This document shows positions 49,408-59,157 of a DNA stretch of 64,000 nucleotides, one piece after another. Source of the DNA: Clostridia bacterium (GTDB lineage Bacteria > Bacillota > Clostridia > TANB77 > CAG-465); NCBI GenBank assembly GCA_028692955.1, contig JAQUWH010000001.1:130143-194142 (forward strand), read 5' to 3'. The position numbers and the translations under genes are program-made. How positions within the stretch are numbered: the first letter of the stretch is position 1; each line of letters begins with the position of its first letter. The notes below the pieces were generated by a model. That model saw only the letters and a program-made list of their open reading frames with translations, was not told where the DNA came from and searched no databases.

Positions 49408-49608
49408 TTATTGTTTAGATTGCATTTGGTTAGCAGCTTGTGCTACTAGTTTCTTAACCATTTCACCACCGATAGAACCAGCTTCTCTAGAAGTTAAGTC
49501 ACCATTATAACCTTGTTTTAAGTTAATACCTAATTCATTTGCAACTTCATATTTAAACTTGTCTAAAGCTGCTTTAGCTTGTTTGTTACTCATGTTGTTT
49601 GATGCCAT
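49408..49608 (-). CDS. alpha/beta-type small acid-soluble spore protein
   Basis: 66 aa; near-identical paralogue (KQGYNGDLTSREAGSIGGEMVKKLV). Confidence 0.92.
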   Translation of the reverse strand: MASNNMSNKQAKAALDKFKYEVANELGINLKQGYNGDLTSREAGSIGGEMVKKLVAQAANQMQSKQ

Positions 49609-49672
49609 AATATATTCACCTCCAATATTTTTTTGATCGTATAAATCATAAAAATATGATTTATACTACTAA

Positions 49673-49701
49673 TAATTTGTGTATAAATTATTAAATAATA
49701 C
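49673..49701 (-). promoter_or_regulatory. forespore-type (sigma-G/F-like) promoter candidate of the SASP gene
   Basis: minus strand GTATT-N15-CACAAATTA. Confidence 0.4.
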
Positions 49702-49737
49702 TGGAAAAATTTTGAACTAAAAAATGTTTTTTATTTA

Positions 49738-49754
49738 ATCGACAAAACTCGACT
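49738..49754 (+). promoter_or_regulatory. two 0A-box-like heptamers upstream of spo0A
   Basis: ATCGACA and CTCGACT versus the consensus TTCGACA (complement of TGTCGAA); starts are 10 bp apart. Confidence 0.35.
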
Positions 49755-49774
49755 TAAAATAACATAGAAAAAAC

Positions 49775-49803
49775 TTGATTTTTGAGTTAAAATTATATAT
49801 AAT
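49775..49803 (+). promoter_or_regulatory. sigma-A type promoter upstream of spo0A
   Basis: TTGATT-N17-TATAAT, 40 nt upstream of GTG 49844. Confidence 0.5.
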
Positions 49804-49843
49804 GGTGTTACGCTATTGTGTAAACGAATAGGAGGAACAATTA

Positions 49844-50659
49844 GTGGGCAGTAAAGCTAAGGTTGTTATTATAGACGATAACAAAGAATTTGTAAAATTG
49901 TTAAGCATGTATATAAATACACAAGAAGATATGGAGGTTGTTGCTTCAGCGTATGACGGGCAAAAGGCAATTCCAATTATCAAGGAATATAATCCAGACA
50001 TATTACTATTAGATATAATTATGCCTGAAAAAGATGGACTAGCTACTTTAGAAGATTTAGTAAAATCTGGTGACGTAAATATGCCAACAACTATTGTCAT
50101 GTCCGCAATAGGACAGGAAAAAATTACCCAAAAAGCCATCGCTCTTGGAGCAACCTATTATGTTGTTAAACCTTTTGATATGGCTACGTTAGTAGAAAGA
50201 TTAAGAGATTTATTACAAACAGAAGATCAATATACAACAAGTAATGAAACGAAATGCTATACTAAAACGACGATTAATAGTAATTCTTCTGCAACTACTC
50301 CGATAGAAGTAAGAACAACTAATATTATACATGATGTAGGCGTTCCTGCTCATATAAAGGGATACCAATATATAAGAGAAGCAATACTACTTGCCGTTAA
50401 AAATGAAGATATCATTAATTCAATTACAAAGACTTTATATCCAACACTTGCAGGTACATTTAATACGACTCCTTCTAGAGTAGAAAGAGCAATAAGGCAT
50501 GCCATTGAAGTTGCTTGGAATAGAGGACAAATTGAAATGCATGATAAAATATTTGGTTATACTGTGAACTCAAATAAAGGTAAACCAACAAATTCAGAAT
50601 TTATTGCTATGATAGCTGATCGACTTAGATTAGAAGACAGGGCAACTATTAGAAATTAA
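49844..50659 (+). CDS. spo0A: sporulation master regulator Spo0A
   Basis: 271 aa; receiver domain (LLLDIIMP), C-terminal Spo0A domain ([39 protein letters not shown]); GTG after AGGAGG. Confidence 0.95.
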   Translation: MGSKAKVVIIDDNKEFVKLLSMYINTQEDMEVVASAYDGQKAIPIIKEYNPDILLLDIIMPEKDGLATLEDLVKSGDVNMPTTIVMSAIGQEKITQKAIALGATYYVVKPFDMATLVERLRDLLQTEDQYTTSNETKCYTKTTINSNSSATTPIEVRTTNIIHDVGVPAHIKGYQYIREAILLAVKNEDIINSITKTLYPTLAGTFNTTPSRVERAIRHAIEVAWNRGQIEMHDKIFGYTVNSNKGKPTNSEFIAMIADRLRLEDRATIRN

Positions 50660-50945
50660 AATATTATATTTTTATTCTATTAATTCCCCTTATTCTTATA
50701 TAATTTAATATATTTTATCTAAAGTATGTCTCAAAAATCTCTATGTAAATATTTTGTTTGTGATATGAATATCTGATAAATAATAATACGGAAAATAGAT
50801 AGAGTTTTTTTTGATAATCATTTGAAAATATTTAATTTATATTAAACTGCTATAATATATATAATTTTGTGGTATAATAATAAAAGATACTTTATATTAA
50901 TAAACTACTAATTATACTATAGTTTATAGTAATAAAAAATAAAAT

Positions 50946-50982
50946 AACCCTAAAAGTACGTTTGTAAAAAACTTTTAGGGTT
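50946..50982 (+). terminator. strong hairpin terminator about 290 nt downstream of the spo0A stop
   Basis: perfect 12-bp stem aaccctaaaagt/acttttagggtt, followed by GTTTTG. Confidence 0.65.
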
Positions 50983-51036
50983 GTTTTGATTGAATAATTG
51001 TGTATTTTTTAATATAATAATGAATGAGGTAAAGAT

Positions 51037-51474
51037 ATGAAATTAATTAAAAAATATAAAGTAGTCATTATCATAACAGTGATGGCGTTATGTATATTAA
51101 CTGTATTCGTTGTCAAATACATTAATAGAGAACGTAATTTCAAATCATTAGGTAGTGATAATATTACAGAGGAACAAACATTGCCACTTAAATTATATGA
51201 ATTTGTTTCTTCTACTTGTCCTGCTTGTAGTCAAATGGAACCTATTTATCAATCAGCAAAAGAAAAATATAGTGATAAAATGAACTTTGAACAGGTAAAT
51301 GTGGAACGTAATTATACGCTTAGTAATAAGTATAATGTCAATTTGATTCCTACTTTTATTATAGTAGATAAAGAGGGCAATGTTAAGAAAAAAATGATTG
51401 GTGTAATAGAAAAAGAAGAATTCTTAAATAAGATAGAAAGTGTGTTGAATCAATATGATAGAACTATTGAATAA
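51037..51474 (+). CDS. membrane-anchored thioredoxin family protein
   Basis: 145 aa; TM anchor, CPAC active site (SSTCPACSQM). Confidence 0.8.
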   Translation: MKLIKKYKVVIIITVMALCILTVFVVKYINRERNFKSLGSDNITEEQTLPLKLYEFVSSTCPACSQMEPIYQSAKEKYSDKMNFEQVNVERNYTLSNKYNVNLIPTFIIVDKEGNVKKKMIGVIEKEEFLNKIESVLNQYDRTIE

Positions 51475-52141
51475 TTTTTCAAGTGTTATTAATACCAATA
51501 TTTTTCTAGCGATAGCTATAGCGTTAATCGGTGGATTTTTATCCTCGTTTAGCCCATGTACTTTATCTACTTTGCCGATTATTATTGGATACACTACAAG
51601 CAATGATGAAAATAAAAAAGGAAAAAATTATTTGTATAGTATCTTTTTTGCTATAGGTCTTACGATTACGTTTGTTGTTATTGGAATTGCCACGACGCTA
51701 TTAAATATTCAACTTAAACTATTTGGTACTTGGTGGTATCTGATACTTGCTATTATACTCGTAATTGTTACATTAAATTTATTAGGTATCTTTGGAAAAA
51801 ACAATAAAACTTGTAAGAGACCAAAGCTTAAGAAAAATTTTTTAGGAGCCTTTTTGCTTGGAATTGTGGGAGGATTTTTTGATTCTCCTTGTAGCACACC
51901 TATTTTAATTATTATCCTTACATTTATTGCCCAAAGTAGTAATCTATTATTTGGTATTATTTTAATGATTGCTTATTCGATAGGGCATTCAGTAGTTATT
52001 ATTCTTGCAGGCAGTTCAGCAGATTTCATAACAAAATTAAGTGAATCAGAAAAATATGCCAAGCTTGGTAAAGTTGCTAGATATGTATTTGCACTATTTT
52101 CATTTGCACTTGCCTTATATCTTTTTTATTTAGCTTTTTAA
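51455..52141 (+). CDS. ccdA: CcdA/DsbD-family thiol-disulfide electron transporter
   Basis: 228 aa; 6 TM; SPCTLSTLP and SPCSTPIL Cys motifs; overlaps the thioredoxin gene. Confidence 0.8.
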   Translation: MIELLNNFSSVINTNIFLAIAIALIGGFLSSFSPCTLSTLPIIIGYTTSNDENKKGKNYLYSIFFAIGLTITFVVIGIATTLLNIQLKLFGTWWYLILAIILVIVTLNLLGIFGKNNKTCKRPKLKKNFLGAFLLGIVGGFFDSPCSTPILIIILTFIAQSSNLLFGIILMIAYSIGHSVVIILAGSSADFITKLSESEKYAKLGKVARYVFALFSFALALYLFYLAF

Positions 52142-52257
52142 TAGTGATAAAACTCTTTCAAATTGTTGCAAATAATTGGTTTGGTAATCTATTCGCCAAT
52201 TTGCTACAGTTAAGGAAGAGTTATTTTATTCCAAACTTTTAAAAAAGGCGTATTTAC

Positions 52258-52286
52258 TTGACAAAAAGCATTAAAAATAGTAAAAT
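52258..52286 (+). promoter_or_regulatory. sigma-A type promoter of gdpP-rplI-dnaB
   Basis: TTGACA-N17-TAAAAT (a TGgTATAAT extended -10 also lies just downstream). Confidence 0.5.
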
Positions 52287-52324
52287 AGAATGGTATAATA
52301 ATACACAATAAAGGATGAAAATAA

Positions 52325-54298
52325 ATGGAAAAATTCAAAAAGAGTAAATGGTTTGATTTTAGTATATTTTCTGTTAGAATAACTTACTTATCTATTATTA
52401 CTATACTATCACTTGTTATACTTGTTATCAGTCCCTCTTTATTTTATGGTTCGTTAGTATTGATATTTATAGCTACTATGTTGTCTATTCTTGTTTGTAT
52501 TTCTGAAATTAAGAATAGAAAATATAGAATACAAGAATTATCTCAAAGCGTTGATATCGTATTAAAAGATAGTCTAAATCTGATAGATATACCAATGGTG
52601 ATGTTAACAAGCCCAACAGAAATTATATGGCAAAATACAGTATCTAAGCATATATTTCCAAAAGAATTTATTGTAGATACTGCTCTTATGATTGATAAAA
52701 ACTTAAAGCAGTCTGAAACTGCAACTGTTACATCAGATATTGGCAATGGTGAAGTATATTGTGCCATAGGAAATTATATTAAATTTTCTAGTTTTAACTG
52801 TATGCTTATTTCATATATTAATAAAACAGAAGAAAATAGATTAAAAAACACATTAGAAAATACCAAAATAGCAGTTGGTATTGTTTTCATAGATAATTAT
52901 GAAGAAACGATGCAGGGATTAGATGAACTTGAAAAATCAGAAATCACATCAAAAATATTAAAAGTAATTCGTGAATGGGTTAGTGAAAATAATGGTATTG
53001 TGACAAAGATAGATAAAGATAGATTTGTGATATTTGTTGAAAAACAATATGTAGATCAAATGGAAAAAAATACATTTGAAATATTACAAAAAGTAAGAGA
53101 GATAACAGATGTAACAAAACTACCTGTTACCATTTCCATTGGTCTTTCGTATAACGAATCTAATCTTGATGAAAGATACGCAGCTAGTTCTTCTGCTTTG
53201 GACATTGCCCTTGGAAGAGGTGGCGACCAAGTTGTTGTTAAAAAAGATAAAAAATTTGATTTTTATGGAGGAGTTAATCTTGGTCTTGAAAAAACAAATA
53301 GAGTAAGAGCAAGAACAATTTCTCAAGCATTAAGAGAAATTATGTTAAAATCAGACAAAATATATGTAATGGGACATAAGAATTCAGATATTGATTGTAT
53401 TGGTGCTTCTGTTGGAATGTACAAAATGGCAAAATTACTTGGTAAACAAGCCAATATTATCATTGACACTAAAAGTAATAGTAGTACAAAAGCAATTATT
53501 GATAAAATAAAAACAGCAAAGGAATATGAAGATGTCTTTATAACTGTAAATGATACCAAAAAACTAGATTTTACAAATTCACTTCTTATTGTTGTTGACA
53601 CTCATAAAAAATCATATCTTGCATATCCTGATTTGTTAGATGAATTTGAGAAAGTAGTCATTGTAGATCATCATAGACGTGGACCAGAATTTATTGATAA
53701 TGCACTTCTTACGTATCATGAAATTTATGCATCTTCTACTTCAGAACTTGTTACAGAAATTTTGATGTATTTAGATGATATTAGTTTAACACCAATTGAA
53801 GCAGAGAGCTTGTATGCTGGTATTGTAATTGATACGAAAAACTTCATCTTTAAAACAGGTGTTAGAACATTTGAAGTAGCAGCGTACTTGAAAAAATTTG
53901 GGATTGATTTAACAGAAGTAAAACAAATCTTTCAAAATGATTTTGAGACATATATAGCCAAAGTTGAAATTGTAAAAAATGCAGAGATTATTAATGGTCA
54001 AATAGCTATCTCTGTTTGTTCAGAAGAATATGAGGATATGCCAATCATTGCTGCACAAGCGGCAGATGAATTATTATCCATCTCTGGTATTTTAGCTTCT
54101 TTTGTTCTATGTAAAGTGGATGAAGTAGTGATGATTTCTGGTAGATCAATGGGAGATATTAATGTGCAAACAATACTTGAAAAAGTAGGTGGCGGAGGTC
54201 ATTTAACATTTGCAGGAGCACAAATAGCAGGTGTTTCACTAGAAGAAGCAAAAGAAACATTAGTAAGTAGTATTAATGAATATTATATAAAAGAATAG
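52325..54298 (+). CDS. gdpP: GdpP-like DHH/DHHA1 phosphodiesterase (c-di-AMP phosphodiesterase family)
   Basis: 657 aa; 2 N-terminal TM, PAS-like and degenerate GGDEF region, DHH (VIVDHHRR), DHHA1 (GGGGH); precedes rplI. Confidence 0.88.
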   Translation: MEKFKKSKWFDFSIFSVRITYLSIITILSLVILVISPSLFYGSLVLIFIATMLSILVCISEIKNRKYRIQELSQSVDIVLKDSLNLIDIPMVMLTSPTEIIWQNTVSKHIFPKEFIVDTALMIDKNLKQSETATVTSDIGNGEVYCAIGNYIKFSSFNCMLISYINKTEENRLKNTLENTKIAVGIVFIDNYEETMQGLDELEKSEITSKILKVIREWVSENNGIVTKIDKDRFVIFVEKQYVDQMEKNTFEILQKVREITDVTKLPVTISIGLSYNESNLDERYAASSSALDIALGRGGDQVVVKKDKKFDFYGGVNLGLEKTNRVRARTISQALREIMLKSDKIYVMGHKNSDIDCIGASVGMYKMAKLLGKQANIIIDTKSNSSTKAIIDKIKTAKEYEDVFITVNDTKKLDFTNSLLIVVDTHKKSYLAYPDLLDEFEKVVIVDHHRRGPEFIDNALLTYHEIYASSTSELVTEILMYLDDISLTPIEAESLYAGIVIDTKNFIFKTGVRTFEVAAYLKKFGIDLTEVKQIFQNDFETYIAKVEIVKNAEIINGQIAISVCSEEYEDMPIIAAQAADELLSISGILASFVLCKVDEVVMISGRSMGDINVQTILEKVGGGGHLTFAGAQIAGVSLEEAKETLVSSINEYYIKE

Positions 54299-54317
54299 AA
54301 AATTTGGAGGTGTCTAA

Positions 54318-54770
54318 GTGAAGGTTGTATTAAATCAAGATGTAAAAGGTATTGGCAAAAAGCTTCAAATTATTGAAGTAAGTGAGGGATACGCTAGAAA
54401 TTATTTGATTCCTAAAAAGCTTGCTTCTATTGCCGATAATAAAAATATAAATGAGGCAAATACTAAAAATGATGCATTAAAATTTAAGAAAAAAACTGAG
54501 ATGGATGAGGCTGAGAAAAATAAAGAAATAATAGAAAAATCTTTTGTTGAGTTTAAACATAAAGTAGGCGATGGTGGTAAACTGTTCGGTAGTATTACAG
54601 AAAAAGAGATAGCTGAAGAAGTAAAAAAGAAGTTCAAACTTGATATTGATAAGAAAAAAATAGTAATTAACATGCCAATTAAACAACTAGGAAATTATAG
54701 TGTAGATGTTAAATTATATGAAGGAATTATCGCAAAATTAAAAATAGTAGTAGTCGGAATGAAGGTGTAG
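54318..54770 (+). CDS. rplI: 50S ribosomal protein L9
   Basis: 150 aa; MKVVLNQDVKGIGKK ... GYARNYLIPKKLA; GTG after GGAGGTG. Confidence 0.94.
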   Translation: MKVVLNQDVKGIGKKLQIIEVSEGYARNYLIPKKLASIADNKNINEANTKNDALKFKKKTEMDEAEKNKEIIEKSFVEFKHKVGDGGKLFGSITEKEIAEEVKKKFKLDIDKKKIVINMPIKQLGNYSVDVKLYEGIIAKLKIVVVGMKV

Positions 54771-54773
54771 TAA

Positions 54774-56117
54774 GTGGAAAATGAGTTAGTTAGTAGAGTT
54801 CAACCAAATGATACCATAGCTGAACAAGCAGTCTTAGGATCAATGCTTGTTGATAAAGATGCTGTGATTGCAGCAGTAGAAATATTGGTACCAGATGATT
54901 TTTATAGAGAAGATAACAAAGAAATATATGCTGCTATGATGGAACTTTACGGACTAGGTAGGCATATAGATATGATTACCATTATTGATCAACTGAAGTT
55001 AAGAGGCAGCTATGAGAGAGTGGGAGAAACTACCTATATTGCTACTCTTATTGATAATGTACCAACTACTTCTAATATTGAAAGTTATGTAAAAATAGTA
55101 GAAGAAAAATCAGTTATTAGAAAATTAATTAAAGTAGCAAATGATATATTAAAAATGGGTTATAGCCAGTCTGAAGAAGTAGATACTATTATTGAGCAAA
55201 CCGAAAAAAGAGTTTTTGATGTATTACAAGATAGAAATAACAGAGGTTATTCTAGCTTAAAAGAAGTATTAGTAACAGCTTTTGATACGATAGAAAAAAT
55301 GTATCAAAGCAAAAACAAAGTATCTGGCGTTGAAAGTGGATTTGTTGATTTAGATTTAAAGATATCAGGTCTTAATCCTTCTTCCTTAATTATTTTGGCT
55401 GCTCGTCCTGCCATGGGTAAATCTGCATTTGCACTTAACATCGCAGAATTTGTTGCTATGCATGCTAAAACACCTGTTATGGTTTTTAGCCTTGAGATGT
55501 CAAAAGAAGAAATCGCCAACAGAATGCTTTCTTCTGAATCTGAAGTAGATAGTATGAAGATTAAAAATGGCAATGACTTAACATCTGAAGATTGGTTAAA
55601 ACTTGGTCAAGCGAGTGGAAGACTTTCAGACATTCCATTATATATTGATGATACACCTGGTCTTAGCTCAGCTGAACTTCGAGCAAAATGCAGAAAAGCA
55701 AAATTAGAAAAAAATATTGGACTTGTTGTCATTGACTATTTACAATTGATGGAATCAAAAACAAAGAGCCCTTCTAGACAACAAGAAATATCCGAAATAA
55801 GTAGATCACTTAAAATATTGGCAAAAGAATTACAAATTCCTGTTATTGCACTATCACAACTTAGTCGTGCTACGGAATCTAGGACAGATCATAAACCAAT
55901 GCTTAGTGACCTTCGTGAATCTGGTGCCATCGAGCAAGATGCCGATATTGTTATGTTCTTACATAGAGAAGATTATTATAACCCAGAAACAGAAAAAAAG
56001 AATATTGCAGAAGTAATTATTGCTAAAAATAGAAGCGGTTCAACAGGAAGTGTCGAAGTGGCATGGATTGGTCAATATACAAAATTTGCTAATTTATATA
56101 GAGGGCCAGAGCAATGA
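54774..56117 (+). CDS. dnaB: replicative DNA helicase
   Basis: 447 aa; AEQAVLGSML, Walker A ARPAMGKSAF, VVIDYLQLM, SQLSRA; GTG start. Confidence 0.95.
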   Translation: MENELVSRVQPNDTIAEQAVLGSMLVDKDAVIAAVEILVPDDFYREDNKEIYAAMMELYGLGRHIDMITIIDQLKLRGSYERVGETTYIATLIDNVPTTSNIESYVKIVEEKSVIRKLIKVANDILKMGYSQSEEVDTIIEQTEKRVFDVLQDRNNRGYSSLKEVLVTAFDTIEKMYQSKNKVSGVESGFVDLDLKISGLNPSSLIILAARPAMGKSAFALNIAEFVAMHAKTPVMVFSLEMSKEEIANRMLSSESEVDSMKIKNGNDLTSEDWLKLGQASGRLSDIPLYIDDTPGLSSAELRAKCRKAKLEKNIGLVVIDYLQLMESKTKSPSRQQEISEISRSLKILAKELQIPVIALSQLSRATESRTDHKPMLSDLRESGAIEQDADIVMFLHREDYYNPETEKKNIAEVIIAKNRSGSTGSVEVAWIGQYTKFANLYRGPEQ

Positions 56118-57133
56118 TAGAACAAGATGTAAGTAAATATATATATGAACAAATTGAAAATACTATTATTACTAATCATCTATTAAAAGATGGTGATAGA
56201 ATAGTAGTTGCTGTTTCGGGTGGACCCGATTCTATGTGTCTTTTGAGTTCATTATTTGAACTTAAACATCACTTTAAGGAACAACATAACATAAATTATG
56301 AGTTATTGGTTGCACATGTCAATCATATGATAAGAAAAGAGTCATACGATGAAAAGGAGTATGTGGAGAATTTTTGCAAGCAGAAAAATATTCCTTTTTA
56401 CTATCTAAAAGAAAATGTACCAGAACTTTCAAAAAAATTAAAAATGTCAGAAGAAACATGTGGAAGGAAAGTAAGGTATGACTTCTTTGAAAAGATAAGG
56501 CAAGAAACAAATTCGACAATTATAGCAACAGCACATAACTTAAATGATGATGCTGAAACGATATTATTAAATATCATGCGTGGAACTGGTTTGAATGGTC
56601 TTACTGGAATGGATTATCAATACAAGAACATTATACGACCATTATTAAATATTAAGAAAATAGATATTAACTTATATAATGAATCATTAAATCTTAATCC
56701 TTGTATTGATAAAACAAATTTTGAAAATAACTATATTCGAAACAAAATTCGAAATGTTTTAATACCAGAGATAGAAACTGAATATAATTCAAATATAGTG
56801 GGTAATCTCATCAGAATGAAAAAATTGCTAAAAAATGACGAAAACTTTTTAAAAGAATACACACAAAAAGTATTAAAAACTTGTATTATTGACAATACTA
56901 TAGATAGTATTAAATTTAAAATTTCTTTTATCACAAAAGAGATGGAAAGCATTGCGTGTAGACTTATTCGAGAAATTATTAATCTGAAAGTTGGTAATTT
57001 AGAGGGAATCGAGAACATACATATTCAAGATGTTTTAACATTGCTAAAGCATCATATTAAAGGAAAAAAATATTGTATCGGTAATAAGTTTACTATTGAA
57101 ATATTAGGAAAAGATATAGTGATGATTTATTAA
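56114..57133 (+). CDS. tilS: tRNA(Ile)-lysidine synthetase (short form)
   Basis: 339 aa; PP-loop VAVSGGPDS; ATGA overlap with dnaB. Confidence 0.88.
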   Translation: MIEQDVSKYIYEQIENTIITNHLLKDGDRIVVAVSGGPDSMCLLSSLFELKHHFKEQHNINYELLVAHVNHMIRKESYDEKEYVENFCKQKNIPFYYLKENVPELSKKLKMSEETCGRKVRYDFFEKIRQETNSTIIATAHNLNDDAETILLNIMRGTGLNGLTGMDYQYKNIIRPLLNIKKIDINLYNESLNLNPCIDKTNFENNYIRNKIRNVLIPEIETEYNSNIVGNLIRMKKLLKNDENFLKEYTQKVLKTCIIDNTIDSIKFKISFITKEMESIACRLIREIINLKVGNLEGIENIHIQDVLTLLKHHIKGKKYCIGNKFTIEILGKDIVMIY

Positions 57134-57148
57134 TTTAAAGGAGGAATT

Positions 57149-58960
57149 ATGAAGAAATCTTCAGTGTTAAGAACAATAATAACATATGTATTATTAATTG
57201 CACTTGCAATCTATTCAATATCTATGTTAGAAGGCCAAACAAAAAAGGAAATGTCATATACTGAATTCATGCAAAAAATTGAAGCGAAATCTGTTAGTAG
57301 CGTTATAATAAGTAGCGATAGACAGACAGCACAAGTGAAGTTAAAAGACGAAGAAAATGTGGTTAGGACAGTTAATGTTCCTGATTCTACTACTTTTTTA
57401 GAAATGTTACAACCACTTGTTTCAAAAGGTGAATTTGAATTAGATGTGGCAAAGCCTTCTATGTGGGAAGGAATAGCACCATTTATGCCAACTCTTCTGT
57501 TGCTTGGTGGTACACTTCTTATCTTTATCTACATGATTAGAAAAACTGGTGAAGGAAATTCTAAAGCAATGAACTTTGGTAAGAATAGAGCACAAGTGGT
57601 AGATAAAAATACAAAGAAAAAAGTAACTTTTGAAAATGTTGCTGGATTAAAAGAAGAAAAAGAAGAACTAGAAGAAGTGGTTGATTTCTTGAAAAATCCC
57701 AAAAAATATCAAGACATGGGAGCAAGAATTCCAAAGGGTATTTTACTTGTTGGAGGACCAGGTACTGGTAAAACACTTCTGGCAAAAGCAATCGCAGGAG
57801 AAGCAAATGTACCATTCTTTTCTATCAGTGGTTCTGACTTTGTTGAAATGTTTGTCGGCGTTGGTGCATCACGTGTTAGAGATTTATTTACAGAAGCAAA
57901 AAGCAATTCTCCTTGTATAATATTTATTGATGAAATAGATGCTGTAGGACGCCATAGAGGTGCCGGTGTTGGTGGAGGACATGATGAAAGAGAACAAACA
58001 TTAAACCAATTACTAGTTGAAATGGATGGGTTTACAACACATGAAAGTGTTATTGTAATGGCCGCAACGAATAGACCAGATATCTTGGATCCTGCATTGC
58101 TAAGGCCAGGTAGATTTGATAGACAAATCGTAGTAAGTGCTCCAGATGTCAAAGCAAGAGAAGAAATATTGAGATTGCATTCTAAAAACAAACCATTTGA
58201 AACGGGTATCGATTTTAAGCTACTTGCTAAAAATACAGCCGGATTTAGTGGAGCGGATCTTGAAAATATGGTAAATGAATCTATTTTACTTGCTGCTAGA
58301 AAAGACAAGAAAACAGTAACATTAGAAGATGTTGAAGAAGCAATGGTAAAAGTAATGATGGGACCTGAAAAGAAAAGTAAGGTAATCAGTGATAAAGAAA
58401 GAAAATTAACTGCTTACCATGAAGCTGGTCATGCAGTCGTATCTAAATTTTTACCAAATTTTGATACTGTACATCAAATATCAATTATACCAAGAGGTAT
58501 GGCTGGCGGTTATACTATGTATAAACCAAATGAAGATAAAAACTATAGTTCAAAATCAGAAATGAATGAAAGTATCGTTTCATTACTTGGTGGAAGGGTA
58601 GCTGAAAAACTAGTATTAGATGATATTAGCACAGGAGCTTCTAATGATATTGAAAGAGCAAGTAAAATTGCTAGAGCTATGATAACAAAATATGGTATGT
58701 CAGAAAAATTAGGACCAATTACCTTTGGCTCTACGCAGGAGGAAGTCTTCTTGGGTAAAGAAATAACGACACAAAGAAATTATAGCGAAAAAGTAGCATC
58801 TGAAATTGACGAAGAAGTAAAAGACATTATTACAAGAGCTTACAATTATGCAGAAAGAATATTAAAAGAACATTTAGAAAAACTTCATAAAGTTGCTCAA
58901 GTTTTAATCGAGAAAGAAAAAGTAGAAGCGGAAGAGTTTGATGCTATATTTACAAATTAG
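57149..58960 (+). CDS. ftsH: ATP-dependent zinc metalloprotease FtsH
   Basis: 603 aa; 2 TM, Walker A GPGTGKT, HEAGH zinc motif. Confidence 0.96.
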   Translation: MKKSSVLRTIITYVLLIALAIYSISMLEGQTKKEMSYTEFMQKIEAKSVSSVIISSDRQTAQVKLKDEENVVRTVNVPDSTTFLEMLQPLVSKGEFELDVAKPSMWEGIAPFMPTLLLLGGTLLIFIYMIRKTGEGNSKAMNFGKNRAQVVDKNTKKKVTFENVAGLKEEKEELEEVVDFLKNPKKYQDMGARIPKGILLVGGPGTGKTLLAKAIAGEANVPFFSISGSDFVEMFVGVGASRVRDLFTEAKSNSPCIIFIDEIDAVGRHRGAGVGGGHDEREQTLNQLLVEMDGFTTHESVIVMAATNRPDILDPALLRPGRFDRQIVVSAPDVKAREEILRLHSKNKPFETGIDFKLLAKNTAGFSGADLENMVNESILLAARKDKKTVTLEDVEEAMVKVMMGPEKKSKVISDKERKLTAYHEAGHAVVSKFLPNFDTVHQISIIPRGMAGGYTMYKPNEDKNYSSKSEMNESIVSLLGGRVAEKLVLDDISTGASNDIERASKIARAMITKYGMSEKLGPITFGSTQEEVFLGKEITTQRNYSEKVASEIDEEVKDIITRAYNYAERILKEHLEKLHKVAQVLIEKEKVEAEEFDAIFTN

Positions 58961-58978
58961 ATAGATAAATAGTAATGA

Positions 58979-59007
58979 AGAGACGATTGGAAAAATCGTC
59001 TCTTTTT
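58979..59007 (+). terminator. rho-independent terminator after ftsH
   Basis: perfect 10-bp stem agagacgatt/aatcgtctct, then TTTT. Confidence 0.8.
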
Positions 59008-59096
59008 GAATGTTTAAAAAATAGCAGGTTTTATATAGTAGAATACCAAATAAAATAGGTTAGTAAAGAAATTGTGAATAATTATTTCATACATAA

Positions 59097-59125
59097 TTGA
59101 CAAGACAAATTTTTTATGATATAAT
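59097..59125 (+). promoter_or_regulatory. consensus sigma-A promoter of the ctsR operon
   Basis: TTGACA-N17-TATAAT. Confidence 0.7.
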
Positions 59126-59142
59126 AGTCAAAGAAAGTCAAA
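59126..59142 (+). promoter_or_regulatory. CtsR operator (tandem heptad)
   Basis: AGTCAAA-GAA-AGTCAAA matches the CtsR box A/GGTCAAA-NAN-A/GGTCAAA, abutting the -10. Confidence 0.8.
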
Positions 59143-59157
59143 GTTAAAAAAGGTGAT

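Noticed and set aside
57709..58308. 199-aa minus-strand ORF within ftsH
   Set aside because: It is antisense to the conserved AAA domain of FtsH. The translation is low-complexity with no start context.
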